Origin: Vicinamibacterales bacterium
Lineage (GTDB): Bacteria > Acidobacteriota > Vicinamibacteria > Vicinamibacterales > UBA2999
Direction of reading: 5' to 3'
DNA length: 64,000 nucleotides
Assembly: GCA_050246635.1 (NCBI GenBank)
Contig: JBFWVR010000009.1
Coordinates: 11,807 to 75,806 of the forward strand
Shown: positions 16,268 to 25,679 of the stretch, in pieces
Layout of the letters: every line of letters starts with the position of its first letter
How positions within the stretch are numbered: the stretch's first letter is position 1
The notes under the pieces: generated by a model
Told to the model about the DNA's origin: nothing
The model's input: the letters and a program-made list of their open reading frames with translations, nothing else
Database searches by the model: none
Translations under genes and position numbers: made by a program

Positions 16268-16813
16268 ATGTGGAAGCGTGATGAGTCGGTGAAGCCGGCT
16301 GCCGCGCCGCCGGCCCCCACGGCGCCGGCTGCGCAGGCGTCCACCGGACCAGCCCACGGCGAGAGCCGCCAGATCGGGAGCGACAAGGTGAACATCGGGA
16401 AGTCTGTCGTCATCAAGGGCGAGCTCAGTGGCAGCGAGGATCTGACGATCGAGGGGCACGTCGAGGGCAAGATCGAGCTCCGCGACAACGTGCTGACGAT
16501 CGGCCCGAACGGCAAGATTCGGGCGGAGGTCTTCGCGAAGGCCGTGGTCGTGCTCGGCGAGGTCGTCGGGAACGTCACGGCGTCCGACAAGGTCGACATC
16601 CGCGACAACGGTTCGGTCGATGGCGACATCACGTCGCCGCGCGTGGCCATCGCGGAAGGCGCCCTGTTCCGCGGCAGCGTCGACATGCAGCGTGGCGGCC
16701 AGAAGGCGCCCGCGGCGGCGCCGGCCGCGCAGGGCGGCCAGGCGGCCCCGGCGCAGAAGGCGGCCCAGCCCGCACAGGGCGGTCAGAACCAGGGCCAGAA
16801 GGTCGGCGCGTAG
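16268..16813 (+). CDS. bactofilin (polymer-forming cytoskeletal protein, DUF583)
   Basis: The central beta-helix repeat pattern is IGKSVVIKGELSGSEDLTIEGHVEGKIELRDNVLTIGPNGKIRAEVFAKAVVVLGEVVGNV. It is flanked by Pro/Ala/Gln-rich tails. GGAGG SD before ATG 16268. Confidence 0.85.
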   Translation: MWKRDESVKPAAAPPAPTAPAAQASTGPAHGESRQIGSDKVNIGKSVVIKGELSGSEDLTIEGHVEGKIELRDNVLTIGPNGKIRAEVFAKAVVVLGEVVGNVTASDKVDIRDNGSVDGDITSPRVAIAEGALFRGSVDMQRGGQKAPAAAPAAQGGQAAPAQKAAQPAQGGQNQGQKVGA

Positions 16814-16879
16814 GCGCGCCGGTTCATCCACATTGTGTTGCGCGCGCGGCGGGCTCGTCCCGCCGCGTGTCCTGTGTCC

Positions 16880-17551
16880 ATGTCCGGCGCTTCCCGTTCC
16901 CTGTTCTCCTTCCTGGGCGGCCGGCGTTCCACGGAACCCGAGCCCTCGACGGTCGTCGCCCCCGCGACGAGCCCGCAGGACGACCCGACCCATCCCACCA
17001 AGGCGCTCGCGCGCTTCCTGAAGGTGCTGCAGAGCCACGAGCGGCCCGCGCTCATCGACCTCGGGCCCGTGGTCGGCAGCAACGTGACCTTCTTCGGCGA
17101 GCAACTGGGCTGCAAGATTCGCGTCGAGGACATCGCGTCCGAGATCGAACGGCACCTCAAGGCGGGGACCATCGAGGCCCTGCCCGCGGCGCTCGAGGCG
17201 CGGTTCCCCGAGGGCGGTGACGGGGTGGACGGCATCCTGTGCTGGGATGTGTTCGACTATCTCGAGCGCCCCGCCGCCCAGGCCCTGGCCAGCGCCCTCG
17301 TGCGCCGGCTGAATCCCGGCGGCGTGCTGCTCGGCCTGTTCAGCACGACCAACCCCACCGACGAGACCTACACGAAGTTCGTCGTCGTGGACGAGCAGAC
17401 CCTGAGGTACCGGCCGTACCACGCGTCGCGGCCGCGGCAGAAGAGCCTGCTCAATCGCGACGTGACGAAGCTCTTCGACGGGCTCGAGGTCACCGAGTCG
17501 TTCCTGATGAAGAACAACGTGCGGGAGACGCTGCTCCGCAAGCCCGAGTAG
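16880..17551 (+). CDS. hypothetical protein, class I SAM-methyltransferase-like fold
   Basis: Weak motif I (ALIDLGPVVGSN), post-I acidic residue (VEDI), GILCWDVFDYL and LNPGGVLLGLF. I prefer the ATG 16880 start (MSGASRSLF); the track starts at 16835. Confidence 0.5.
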   Translation: MSGASRSLFSFLGGRRSTEPEPSTVVAPATSPQDDPTHPTKALARFLKVLQSHERPALIDLGPVVGSNVTFFGEQLGCKIRVEDIASEIERHLKAGTIEALPAALEARFPEGGDGVDGILCWDVFDYLERPAAQALASALVRRLNPGGVLLGLFSTTNPTDETYTKFVVVDEQTLRYRPYHASRPRQKSLLNRDVTKLFDGLEVTESFLMKNNVRETLLRKPE

Positions 17552-18044
17552 GCCTCGCCCCTTCGGGGCTCGGTAGGCCGGCCGCTTCGCGGCCGTTGGG
17601 ACTCGTGCTCGCGGGTTCGCGCGTCGCACTTCGCTCGGACTCGCCATCGCTGCGCTCGGCTCGCTCGGAGGACGCTTCGCGTTCCCGCCGGCCTTCGCCA
17701 CGCTGCGGCCCGCGCGCCGAGCGATAGCGAGCCGCCCTCCTAGCGAGGGCCGAAGGCCCTGGTCCGAGCGACGTGCGATGCGCGAGCCCGCGAGCACGAG
17801 TCCCAGCGAGCCGCGCAGCGGCGAGTCCCAGCGATGTGCGACGCGTGGACCAGCGACCCTTCGACTTCGCTCAGGGTCGCCCCGCGCGCCGTCGAGGGGC
17901 GAGCACGAGTCCCAGCGAGCCGAGCGCAGCGACGGCGAGTCCTACCGAGGCCGCGCAGCGGCCGAGGCCCACCGAAGGCCACACGCCGAGCGCAGCGAGG
18001 CGGCCCACCGGCTGCGAAGCAGCCGGCAGTAGTACCATTCCCCA
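17552..18044. repeat. GC-rich composite palindromic element, copy 1 of a 3-member family
   Basis: 43-nt inverted arms at 17598-17640 / 17762-17804 (3 mismatches; the outer 18 nt, gggactcgtgctcgcggg, are perfect). Direct repeat gcgagcacgagtcccagcgagccg at 17790-17813 and 17899-17922. It shares the words ctcggtaggcc, gttgggactcgt and gagtcccagcga with 61418-61771. Confidence 0.85.
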
Positions 18045-18836
18045 ATGGCCCGCCCTGTTGTCGCCCTGCTCACCGATTTCGGTTCCCGCGACCACTACGC
18101 CGGCACCATGAAGGGCGTCGTGCTGGGCATCTGCCCGGAGGCGTCGCTGGTGGATCTCACGCATGAGGTGCCCGCGCACGACGTTCTTGCGGCCGCGCTG
18201 GAACTGGGGGCCGCCTACAAGTACTTCCCGGCGGGCACCGTCTTCCTCGTGGTCGTGGATCCGGGCGTCGGATCGCACCGGCGGGGGCTCGCGGTCGAGG
18301 CGGGCGACTACAAGTTCGTCGCGCCGGACAACGGGGTGCTCGAGGCCGTCCTGCGCGAGACGCCCGCCAAGGCCATCGTGGAGCTCAGCGAGCGAAAGTA
18401 CGCCCTGGCGAGCGTCAGCCGGACCTTCGAAGGCCGTGACCGGTTCGCGCCCGCGGCCGGGCACCTGGCGGCCGGCGTCGGGCTCCTGCGGCTGGGACGG
18501 CGGGTGAGCGACCCGGTGCGCCTGGCCCTGCCGGCACCGGAGGTCGGCCCGGACCGCATCGGGGGCGTCGTGGTCCGCGTCGATCGGTTCGGCAACCTCA
18601 TCACGAACATCGACCGCCCGACCTTCGAGCGCTTCGCGGCGGCGGGCGGGCTGGCCCTGACCATCGCCGGCCGCGAGGTGCCGCGCGTGGTGATGGCCTA
18701 CGCCGAGGCCGGCCCCGACGAGCTGTGCGCCCTCTTCGGCAGCTCGGATCATCTGGAGGTGGCGGTCAACGGCGGGCGGGCCGCGGCCGCGCTCGGCGTG
18801 GGGCGGGGGGCGCCGGTGGAGGTCCTGCGGCGCTGA
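18045..18836 (+). CDS. SAM hydrolase / S-adenosyl-L-methionine hydroxide adenosyltransferase family protein (DUF62)
   Basis: The family signature N-terminus is VALLTDFGSRDHYAGTMKGVVLGI...VDLTHEVP...VVVDPGVGS...APDNGVL. The C-terminal beta domain has RVDRFGNLITNI. Confidence 0.8.
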   Translation: MARPVVALLTDFGSRDHYAGTMKGVVLGICPEASLVDLTHEVPAHDVLAAALELGAAYKYFPAGTVFLVVVDPGVGSHRRGLAVEAGDYKFVAPDNGVLEAVLRETPAKAIVELSERKYALASVSRTFEGRDRFAPAAGHLAAGVGLLRLGRRVSDPVRLALPAPEVGPDRIGGVVVRVDRFGNLITNIDRPTFERFAAAGGLALTIAGREVPRVVMAYAEAGPDELCALFGSSDHLEVAVNGGRAAAALGVGRGAPVEVLRR

Positions 18837-19004
18837 GGTTTCGTGTTACGATTCGCTGTTTCCGTCCCCTGCGCGTCCTATCGTCTTCATTCACTGTCAG
18901 TTACAGGGGCCGCCCTGACCGACCCGCGCGGTGCGAGCGGCCTGCCGGGCAGGCGCGGGCGCCCGTGGCGCGGACCTCGACATCCGAAGGAGCAACGGCA
19001 CACG

Positions 19005-19988
19005 ATGGAGTCCGATCTTTCGCTCGAATTCCTGCGCGTCGTGGAGCAGGCCGCCATTGCCTGCGCGTACACCATGGGGCAGGGCGATCGTCACTTCTCC
19101 GACCAGGCCGCCGTCGAGGCCATGCGCAAGGAACTCGACACCGTGCCGATCGACGGCACGATCGTGATTGGTGAAGGCGAACGCGACGAGGCGCCGATGC
19201 TCTACATCGGCGAGAAGGTGGGCATGGCCCACCACCGGAAGGAACGGACGTTCGACGAGGTCGACATCGCCGTCGACCCGCTCGAAGGCACGAATCTCTG
19301 CGCGACGGGCGCGCCGAACGCCATCGCGGTGCTCGCGGCGTCGGAGGCGGGCGGGCTGCTGCATGCGCCCGACATCTACATGGACAAGCTGGTGGTCGGG
19401 CCCACCTCGAAGCACCTGGTGGACTTCGACGCGCCGGTGCGTGAGAACCTGCGCGCGATTGCCCGTAGCCTGGGCCGCCAGGTGGACGAGCTCAGCGTCG
19501 TCGTGCTCGACCGGCCCCGCCACGAGAAGCTGATCGCGGACATCCGGGCCACCGGCGCACGCATCCGGCTGATCGGGGACGGTGATCTGTCGGCGGCGAT
19601 TGCCGCCGCCGTGGCCGGCAGCGGGGTGCACGCGGTCATGGGCGTCGGTGGTGCGCCCGAGGGCGTGCTGACCGCCGCCGCCATGCGCTGCCTGAACGGG
19701 GAGATCTTCGCGCGCCTGGTGATCACCAGGCCCGAGGACGAGGAGCGCTGCAAGGCGATGGGCATCTCCGACCTGCGCCGGGTGTACCGATCGGAGGACC
19801 TGGCGTCGGGCAAGAGCATCATCTTCGCCGCGACCGGCGTGACCGATGGCACCCTGCTCAAGGGCTGCCGCTTCTTCGGTGACGGCATCCGCACGAGCTC
19901 CATCGTGATGCAGACCAACCCGCACCGGATCCGCTTCATCGACAGCATCCAGGTCTACCCGGGACCGGGCGTCAAGATCCGGTTCTAG
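19005..19988 (+). CDS. glpX: class II fructose-1,6-bisphosphatase
   Basis: 327 aa starting at ATG 19005, with a GAAGGAG SD 13 nt upstream. GlpX blocks: [41 protein letters not shown] and GGAPEGVL. The track ORF carries a spurious 54-codon leader. Confidence 0.9.
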   Translation: MESDLSLEFLRVVEQAAIACAYTMGQGDRHFSDQAAVEAMRKELDTVPIDGTIVIGEGERDEAPMLYIGEKVGMAHHRKERTFDEVDIAVDPLEGTNLCATGAPNAIAVLAASEAGGLLHAPDIYMDKLVVGPTSKHLVDFDAPVRENLRAIARSLGRQVDELSVVVLDRPRHEKLIADIRATGARIRLIGDGDLSAAIAAAVAGSGVHAVMGVGGAPEGVLTAAAMRCLNGEIFARLVITRPEDEERCKAMGISDLRRVYRSEDLASGKSIIFAATGVTDGTLLKGCRFFGDGIRTSSIVMQTNPHRIRFIDSIQVYPGPGVKIRF

Positions 19989-20047
19989 CCCGCCGTGCGC
20001 AACGAGCCCCGCCCGCCCGACGCGCGCCGGAGCCAGCCCCAGACGGC

Positions 20048-21259
20048 GTGAGTACGTCCACCCTGACCCTCGAGCCCGCCGAGTCGCGCCGGAACGTCCT
20101 GGTCTGCGCGGCGACGAGCTGCATCGGCTTCACGGGCTTCACCCTCGTGATGCCGTTCCTGCCGCTGTACATCAGCCAGCTCGGGACCACGGACGTCCGG
20201 GAGATTGCGATGTGGACCGGCCTGACGCTCGGCGCCACGCCGGCGGTCACGGCCGTGAGCGCGCCGCTGTGGGGCCGGATCGGCGACCGGTACGGCAGCA
20301 AGCTCCTGGTGATCCGGTCGCTCACCGCCTTCGTGCTCACGAAGGCGGCGATGGCGTTCGTCACGGCGCCCTGGCAGCTCTTCGCGCTGCGGGCGCTGCT
20401 GGGGCTCTTCGCGGGCTATGGCGCGTTGACGGTCTCGATGGCGGCCGAGTCGGTGCCGCGCGATCGGATGCCCTGGGCCATCGGGTTCGTCCAGACCGGG
20501 CAGCGCATCGGACCGGCGGTGGGCCCCGTGCTCGGTGGGGTGCTGGCGCCGCTCGTGGGCATCCGCCGCTCGTTCCTGGTGGCGTCGGCGTTCTACCTGC
20601 TGGGCGTTGCCATCATCTGGTTCCTGTACCGCGAGCCGCGTGTGGTGGGGCGCACGGCGCCGGCGGGCCGCGGCACGCGGGCCGTCTTCGCCGAGCTCGT
20701 GCGCGCGCCGGGTTTCCTCCTGCTGCTCGCTGTGATCTTCGTGATGCAGGTCGTCGACCGCAGCTTCGCGCCCGTGCTGCCGCTGTACGTCTCGGCGCTC
20801 GGTGTGCCGGACGGTCGCGTCGCGACGGTCGCCGGGCTGCTCTTCTCGCTCGGCGCGATTGCGGCGGCGCTCGGGCACCACCTCGCGGGCAAGCTGCTGC
20901 GCCGCCTCACGCCGCGGGAGGTGATCACGGCGGCCGCCGTCGCCGGGAGCCTCGCGGTCGGCGTGGTCGCCCTCGCGCCGCCGATCTGGGTGGTCGGCGC
21001 CGCGGTCGCGCTCTCGGGCGTGACCATCGGCATCGGCATGACCGCGGCCTACTCGGGCGCCGGCGCGCTGCTGCCCGCGGACGCGCACGCCACCGGGTTC
21101 GGCTTCATGACGACGGCCTCGCTCGTCGGGCTGGCGGCCAGCCCGGTGCTCGCGGGGTTCGTGGGCGGCGCGAGCCTGCGTGTGGTGTTCGTGCTCGACG
21201 TCGTCGTGCTGCTGGTGCTGGCCACGGTGGTGTGGCGGCGGGCCCCACGGCCGGCGTGA
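20048..21259 (+). CDS. MFS transporter
   Basis: 403 aa with about 12 hydrophobic helices and an MFS motif-A-like loop, GRIGDRYGSK, between TM2 and TM3. Confidence 0.8.
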   Translation: MSTSTLTLEPAESRRNVLVCAATSCIGFTGFTLVMPFLPLYISQLGTTDVREIAMWTGLTLGATPAVTAVSAPLWGRIGDRYGSKLLVIRSLTAFVLTKAAMAFVTAPWQLFALRALLGLFAGYGALTVSMAAESVPRDRMPWAIGFVQTGQRIGPAVGPVLGGVLAPLVGIRRSFLVASAFYLLGVAIIWFLYREPRVVGRTAPAGRGTRAVFAELVRAPGFLLLLAVIFVMQVVDRSFAPVLPLYVSALGVPDGRVATVAGLLFSLGAIAAALGHHLAGKLLRRLTPREVITAAAVAGSLAVGVVALAPPIWVVGAAVALSGVTIGIGMTAAYSGAGALLPADAHATGFGFMTTASLVGLAASPVLAGFVGGASLRVVFVLDVVVLLVLATVVWRRAPRPA

Positions 21260-21277
21260 ACGACGCCGGGTGCTAAA

Positions 21278-22609
21278 ATGCCGCACAGGCGGCAACATTT
21301 CCTTCCAATGACTGATCGGCGTCCCGTTCTCATCGAGCGGGCCGCGCTCGTCGGCCTCGTCACGGGTGATGCCCGGCGGGTGGACGAGGAGCACTCGCTC
21401 GAGGAGCTGGCGGGCCTGGCCGACGCGGCCGGTGCGCGGATCATCCTGCGGGTGCTCCAGGAGCGGCCCAAACCCGACCCCGCGACCTTCCTGGGCCGCG
21501 GCAAGGTCGAGTTGCTGGCGCAGGCCGCGGCCGAGGCGGATGTCGACGTCGTCATCTTCGACAACGAGCTCTCGCCCGCGCAGCTGCGCGAGCTGACGAA
21601 GCGACTGGCTCGCCGTGTCGTCGATCGGACGCAGCTCATCCTCGACATCTTCGCGAAGCGTGCCCGCACGCGCGAAGGCAAGCTGCAGGTGGAGCTGGCC
21701 CAGCTCAAGTACCTCCTGCCACGCCTCGTCGGCGCGGGCGGGGAGCTGTCTCGGCTCGGCGGGGGCATCGGCACCCGCGGGCCCGGCGAGACGAAGCTCG
21801 AGACCGACCGGCGGAAGATCCGCACGCGTATCCACGCGCTCCAGCAGGAGATCGACGAGGTGCGCCGCCGCCGCTCACAGCTCCGCGACCGTCGCCACAA
21901 GGCGGCGGTGCCCACGGTCGCGCTGGTCGGCTACACCAACGCCGGCAAGACGACGCTGTTCAACCGGCTGACGGCCGCCGACGCCGTCGCGTCGGACGCG
22001 CTCTTCGTGACGCTCGATCCGCTGGTTCGGCGGGCCCGGCTCGCCGATCGCCGCGAGCTGCTCGTCTCGGACACGGTCGGCTTCATCGACCGGCTGCCGC
22101 ATGCGCTGGTCGCCGCCTTCCGGGCGACGCTCGAGGAGACGGCGGAGGCCGACCTGGTGCTGCACGTCATCGACGCGGCCAACCCCGAGCGGGAGCGGCA
22201 CGTGGCGGCGGTGCTCCGCGTGCTCGCCGAGGTGGGCGCCACCGAGGTCCCACGCATCGAGGTGTTCAACAAGGTGGACCAGATCACGGCGGACGAACGG
22301 CGACGCCTCCAGGAGGCCGATCCGGGCGCGGCGCTGATTTCGGCCGTGACGGGGGAAGGGTGCGACGCGCTGCTGGAAGCGGTGACGTCGCGGCTGGCGC
22401 TCGACCAGCAGCGGGTGCGCATCGATCTGGACATGGCCACGCCGGCGGACGCCGAGCGGCTGGCGTGGGTCTACCGGCACGGACGGGTGCTCAGCCAGGT
22501 GACGGCCGGCACACGCGTGGTGCTCGAGGCGGAGTTGCCGCGACGGCTGGTGGACCGGCTGCAAGGCGCCGCGCCGGTGGCGCGGCGCGCGGGAGGAGCT
22601 CGTGAGTGA
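21278..22609 (+). CDS. hflX: GTPase HflX
   Basis: HflX N-domain (RVLQERPKPDPATFLGRGK, IFDNELSPAQLREL, ILDIFAKRA). G-domain with GYTNAGKTTLFN, DTVGFI and NKVD. Confidence 0.9.
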   Translation: MPHRRQHFLPMTDRRPVLIERAALVGLVTGDARRVDEEHSLEELAGLADAAGARIILRVLQERPKPDPATFLGRGKVELLAQAAAEADVDVVIFDNELSPAQLRELTKRLARRVVDRTQLILDIFAKRARTREGKLQVELAQLKYLLPRLVGAGGELSRLGGGIGTRGPGETKLETDRRKIRTRIHALQQEIDEVRRRRSQLRDRRHKAAVPTVALVGYTNAGKTTLFNRLTAADAVASDALFVTLDPLVRRARLADRRELLVSDTVGFIDRLPHALVAAFRATLEETAEADLVLHVIDAANPERERHVAAVLRVLAEVGATEVPRIEVFNKVDQITADERRRLQEADPGAALISAVTGEGCDALLEAVTSRLALDQQRVRIDLDMATPADAERLAWVYRHGRVLSQVTAGTRVVLEAELPRRLVDRLQGAAPVARRAGGARE

Positions 22610-23993
22610 CGCGGCAATGGCACGGTTGAGACGGGTGGCGCGGGTGCGCCGGACGGCGTGGCTCGGCGGCGCGGCCGTGGCCATGGCCCTGGCGCTCGGG
22701 GCCTGCGCCACGCGGACGCTGCCGCCGGCGCCGGCGAGCCCGGCGTTTCCCGATTACCTCTATCCGACGCCGCCCCCGGGCGCCGCGCCGGAACTGGCCA
22801 CGCGCATCGAGCGGGGGTGGCGCTACCTGCAGGTGCGCGACTTCCGGAACGCCGAACGTGAGTTCCAGGGGGCCCTGGGGCAGCAGCCCGGCTTCTATCC
22901 CGCGCAGGCCGGCCTCGGCTGGGTGCAGCTGGCCCGGCAGGACGCCGAAGATGCCGCGGGCCGGTTCGATCGCGCCCTCGCGGGCGAGGCGGCCTATGTG
23001 CCGGCTCTGGTCGGGCGGGGCAGTGCGCTCCTGGCGCTTGGACGCGACGGCGAGGCGCTCGCCAGCTTCGAGGCGGCGCTCGCGGCCGATCCGTCGTTGA
23101 CGGCCGTGCGCAGCCGCGTCGACGTGCTGCAGTTCCGCGCCATGCAGGACAACCTCACGCGGGCGCAGGCGGCCCAGCAGGCGGGCCGCTGGGACGAGGC
23201 GCGCGCCGCCTACCAGCGGGCGATTGCCGGGTCGCCCGAGTCGGCCTTCCTGTACCGCGAGCTCGCGGCGGTCGAGCGCTCGGCCGGCGACGCCGCGGCC
23301 GCCCGGGACCACTACCGGCGGGCCACGGAACTCGACCCGATGGACGCCGCGGCGTTCGCGGGCCTCGGCGCCGTGCTCGAGGGCCAGGAGGACTACGCCG
23401 CGGCGGTGGAGGCGTACGAGAAGGCGCGGGCCATCGACCTGAGCGCCGTGGCGGATGAGACGCTCGAGACCGCGCGGGAGCGGGCCGTGCTCGCGCGCCT
23501 GCCGGAAGGCTACCGCAACATCGGCACCGCGCCGGTCGTCACGCGGGGGCAGCTGGCCGCGTTGCTCGGGGTGCAGCTCGAGCCGCTGCTCGCGTCGGCG
23601 CCAACGCGCCAGGTGGTCATGACCGACCTTCGCGGACACTGGGCGCAGCAGTGGATCCTGGCGGTGGTCCGGGCGGGCGTGATGGACCCCCTGCCGAACT
23701 ACCAGTTCCAGCCGGCGGCCCAGGTGCGCCGCGGCGATCTCGCGCAGGTGGTGTCCAGGGCGCTGGCGTTGATCGCGTCGCGGCGGCCCTCGGCGGCCGC
23801 CACGTGGCGCAACGCCCGGCTCCAGGTGGCCGACGTCCCGCCGGGGCACCTGAGCTATCCCGCGGTGTCGCAGGCGGTCGCCGCCGGCGTGTTGTCCCTG
23901 GGCGAGGGCGGCCAGTTCGGCCTGCTCCGCCCGGTGAGCGGCGCGGAGGCGCTCGACGCCGTGGCCCGGCTGAAGGCGCTGGCGCGGCCATGA
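22602..23993 (+). CDS. TPR-repeat lipoprotein with C-terminal SLH-like repeats
   Basis: Lipobox-like LALGAC after a basic N-terminus, then 5-6 TPR-like units (AxxxFxxAL..DP). Three C-terminal segments resemble S-layer-homology repeats (VTRGQLAALL, VRRGDLAQVV, VSGAEALDAV). The start is uncertain (GTG 22602 or ATG 22617). Confidence 0.6.
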   Translation: MSDAAMARLRRVARVRRTAWLGGAAVAMALALGACATRTLPPAPASPAFPDYLYPTPPPGAAPELATRIERGWRYLQVRDFRNAEREFQGALGQQPGFYPAQAGLGWVQLARQDAEDAAGRFDRALAGEAAYVPALVGRGSALLALGRDGEALASFEAALAADPSLTAVRSRVDVLQFRAMQDNLTRAQAAQQAGRWDEARAAYQRAIAGSPESAFLYRELAAVERSAGDAAAARDHYRRATELDPMDAAAFAGLGAVLEGQEDYAAAVEAYEKARAIDLSAVADETLETARERAVLARLPEGYRNIGTAPVVTRGQLAALLGVQLEPLLASAPTRQVVMTDLRGHWAQQWILAVVRAGVMDPLPNYQFQPAAQVRRGDLAQVVSRALALIASRRPSAAATWRNARLQVADVPPGHLSYPAVSQAVAAGVLSLGEGGQFGLLRPVSGAEALDAVARLKALARP

Positions 23994-24553
23994 CCGCCCC
24001 CATCTTCACCGTCGCCAACCAGCTCACGCTGCTGCGGATGTTCCTCATCCCGGCATTCGTGATCCTGGTCGTCTACGGCCGGTTCGGCTGGGCGCTGGTG
24101 ACGTTCATGACGGCGGGGCTCACCGACGCGCTCGACGGGTACTTCGCCCGGAAGGCGGGACAGAAGACGGCGCTCGGCGAGTGGCTCGACCCGGCTGCCG
24201 ACAAGCTGCTGCTCGTGACCACGTTCATCGTGCTGACGCTGCCCGACCTGGGGCTGGTCAACCGCCTCCCGGTCTGGCTGACCGTGCTGGTCATCAGCCG
24301 GGACGTCGGCATCGTGCTCACCGTCGCGATCGTGAACCTGGCCATCGGGCCGCGCACGTTCCGGCCGTCGCTGCTCGGCAAGGGCGCGACGGCGCTCTTC
24401 ATCTTCACGTGCGTCGTGGTGATGTACTTCAACTACCAGGGGTACCACTCGCGGATTGCGGACGCCTTCATCTGGCTGTCGGCCGCGATCACGATTGCCT
24501 CCGGCATCGACTACATCTGGCGCGTCGCGCGCATCATCAACCAGCCCTCCTGA
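23990..24553 (+). CDS. pgsA: CDP-alcohol phosphatidyltransferase (phosphatidylglycerophosphate synthase-like)
   Basis: 187 aa. It carries the canonical D-G-x2-A-R-x8-G-x3-D-x3-D motif: DALDGYFARKAGQKTALGEWLDPAADK. ATG 23990 overlaps the upstream stop (ATGA). The track ORF start (23651) is artefactual. Confidence 0.8.
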   Translation: MTAPIFTVANQLTLLRMFLIPAFVILVVYGRFGWALVTFMTAGLTDALDGYFARKAGQKTALGEWLDPAADKLLLVTTFIVLTLPDLGLVNRLPVWLTVLVISRDVGIVLTVAIVNLAIGPRTFRPSLLGKGATALFIFTCVVVMYFNYQGYHSRIADAFIWLSAAITIASGIDYIWRVARIINQPS

Positions 24554-24593
24554 CCGGCGCGCCGGGGGCCCGGGAAGGCCCGATGGCACGGGG

Positions 24594-25547
24594 TCAGCCG
24601 GCGGCGAGCTTCTGGCGGAAGTACTCGATCGTGTGGCCGAGGCCTTCGGCGAGGTTCACCTTCGGCTCCCAGCCGAGCAGCGTGCGGGCTCGCGTGATGT
24701 CGGGCTGGCGCACCTTCGGGTCGTCGGTGGGCAGCGGCTTGTGCACGATGCGGCTGGAGGATCCGGTCAGGCGGATGATCGTCTCCGCCATCTCCCGCAC
24801 GGTCATCTCGTGCGGGTTCCCGATGTTCACCGGATCGTTCTCGGACGAGAGCATCAGCTTCAGGATGCCGTCCACGAGGTCCGTGATGTAGCAGAAGCTG
24901 CGCGTCTGGCTGCCGTCGCCGAAGACCTCGAGGTCCTGGTTGCGCAGCGCCGCGGAGATGAAGGCGGGCACGGCCCGGCCGTCGCGCAGCCGCATGCGCG
25001 GGCCATACGTGTTGAAGATCCGCACGATCTTGGTGTCGACGTGGTGATACCGGCGATAGGCCACCGTCATGGCCTCGGCGAACCGCTTCGCCTCGTCGTA
25101 CACCCCGCGCGGCCCGATGGGGTTCACGTTGCCCCAGTAGGTCTCCTTCTGCGGGTGCTCCTGCGGATCGCCGTACACCTCGGACGTGGACGCCAGCACG
25201 AACGTCGCGCCCTTCGCCTTGGCGAGGCCGAGCGCCTTGTGCGTGCCGAGCGCGCCGACCTTCAGCGTGGGGATGGGCAGCTCGAGGTAGTCGATGGGGC
25301 TGGCCGGGCTGGCCCAGTGCAGCACGTAGCGGACCGGCCCGTCGAGGTAGATGTAGTTCGTGACGTCGTGCTTGATGAACTCGAAGTCGCGGTTCCTGAG
25401 GTGGGCGATGTTCGCGACGTCGCCCGTCAGCAGGTTGTCGATCCCGACGACCGAGTACCCCCGGTCGAGCAGGGTCTCCGCAAGGTGGGACCCGATGAAG
25501 CCGGCGGCTCCGGTGATGACGACGCGTTCGCTGGGCACGGATGGCAC
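24594..25547 (-). CDS. UDP-glucuronate decarboxylase (UDP-xylose synthase, SDR family)
   Basis: [14 protein letters not shown] Rossmann motif, catalytic YDEAKR, and HWASPASP / NIGNP blocks typical of UXS-type SDRs. GTG start at 25547. Confidence 0.85.
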   Translation of the reverse strand: MPSVPSERVVITGAAGFIGSHLAETLLDRGYSVVGIDNLLTGDVANIAHLRNRDFEFIKHDVTNYIYLDGPVRYVLHWASPASPIDYLELPIPTLKVGALGTHKALGLAKAKGATFVLASTSEVYGDPQEHPQKETYWGNVNPIGPRGVYDEAKRFAEAMTVAYRRYHHVDTKIVRIFNTYGPRMRLRDGRAVPAFISAALRNQDLEVFGDGSQTRSFCYITDLVDGILKLMLSSENDPVNIGNPHEMTVREMAETIIRLTGSSSRIVHKPLPTDDPKVRQPDITRARTLLGWEPKVNLAEGLGHTIEYFRQKLAAG

Positions 25548-25572
25548 CTACTCAGTCACGGGACGGGCCACT

Positions 25573-25626
25573 GATTGCACGGATTGCACAGATGGTGCGG
25601 ACGGTACGGATGGCGGCAACGGATGC
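25573..25626. repeat. degenerate 9-nt tandem repeat (GATNGNNCG) x6
   Basis: The units read gattgcacg gattgcaca gatggtgcg gacggtacg gatggcggc aacggatgc. The array lies in the spacer between the priming transferase stop and the UXS start. Related GATG-containing arrays occur at 29536-29889 and 56904-56927. Confidence 0.75.
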
Positions 25627-25679
25627 GGGCAGCCGGGGGCGGGTGTCCCGGAGATCGGGTGACGCCCAGGCCGCCCGGC

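Noticed and set aside
17773-18166. Overlapping 84-133-aa ORFs in several frames across the GC-rich palindromes (similar ORFs occur at 61350-62021 and 49198-49968)
   Set aside because: ORFs appear on both strands and in multiple frames because the sequence is self-complementary and stop-poor. The translations are repetitive (SEPSAATAS..., RPRRR...). The same words occur in both orientations, which fits a DNA/RNA structural repeat rather than coding sequence.
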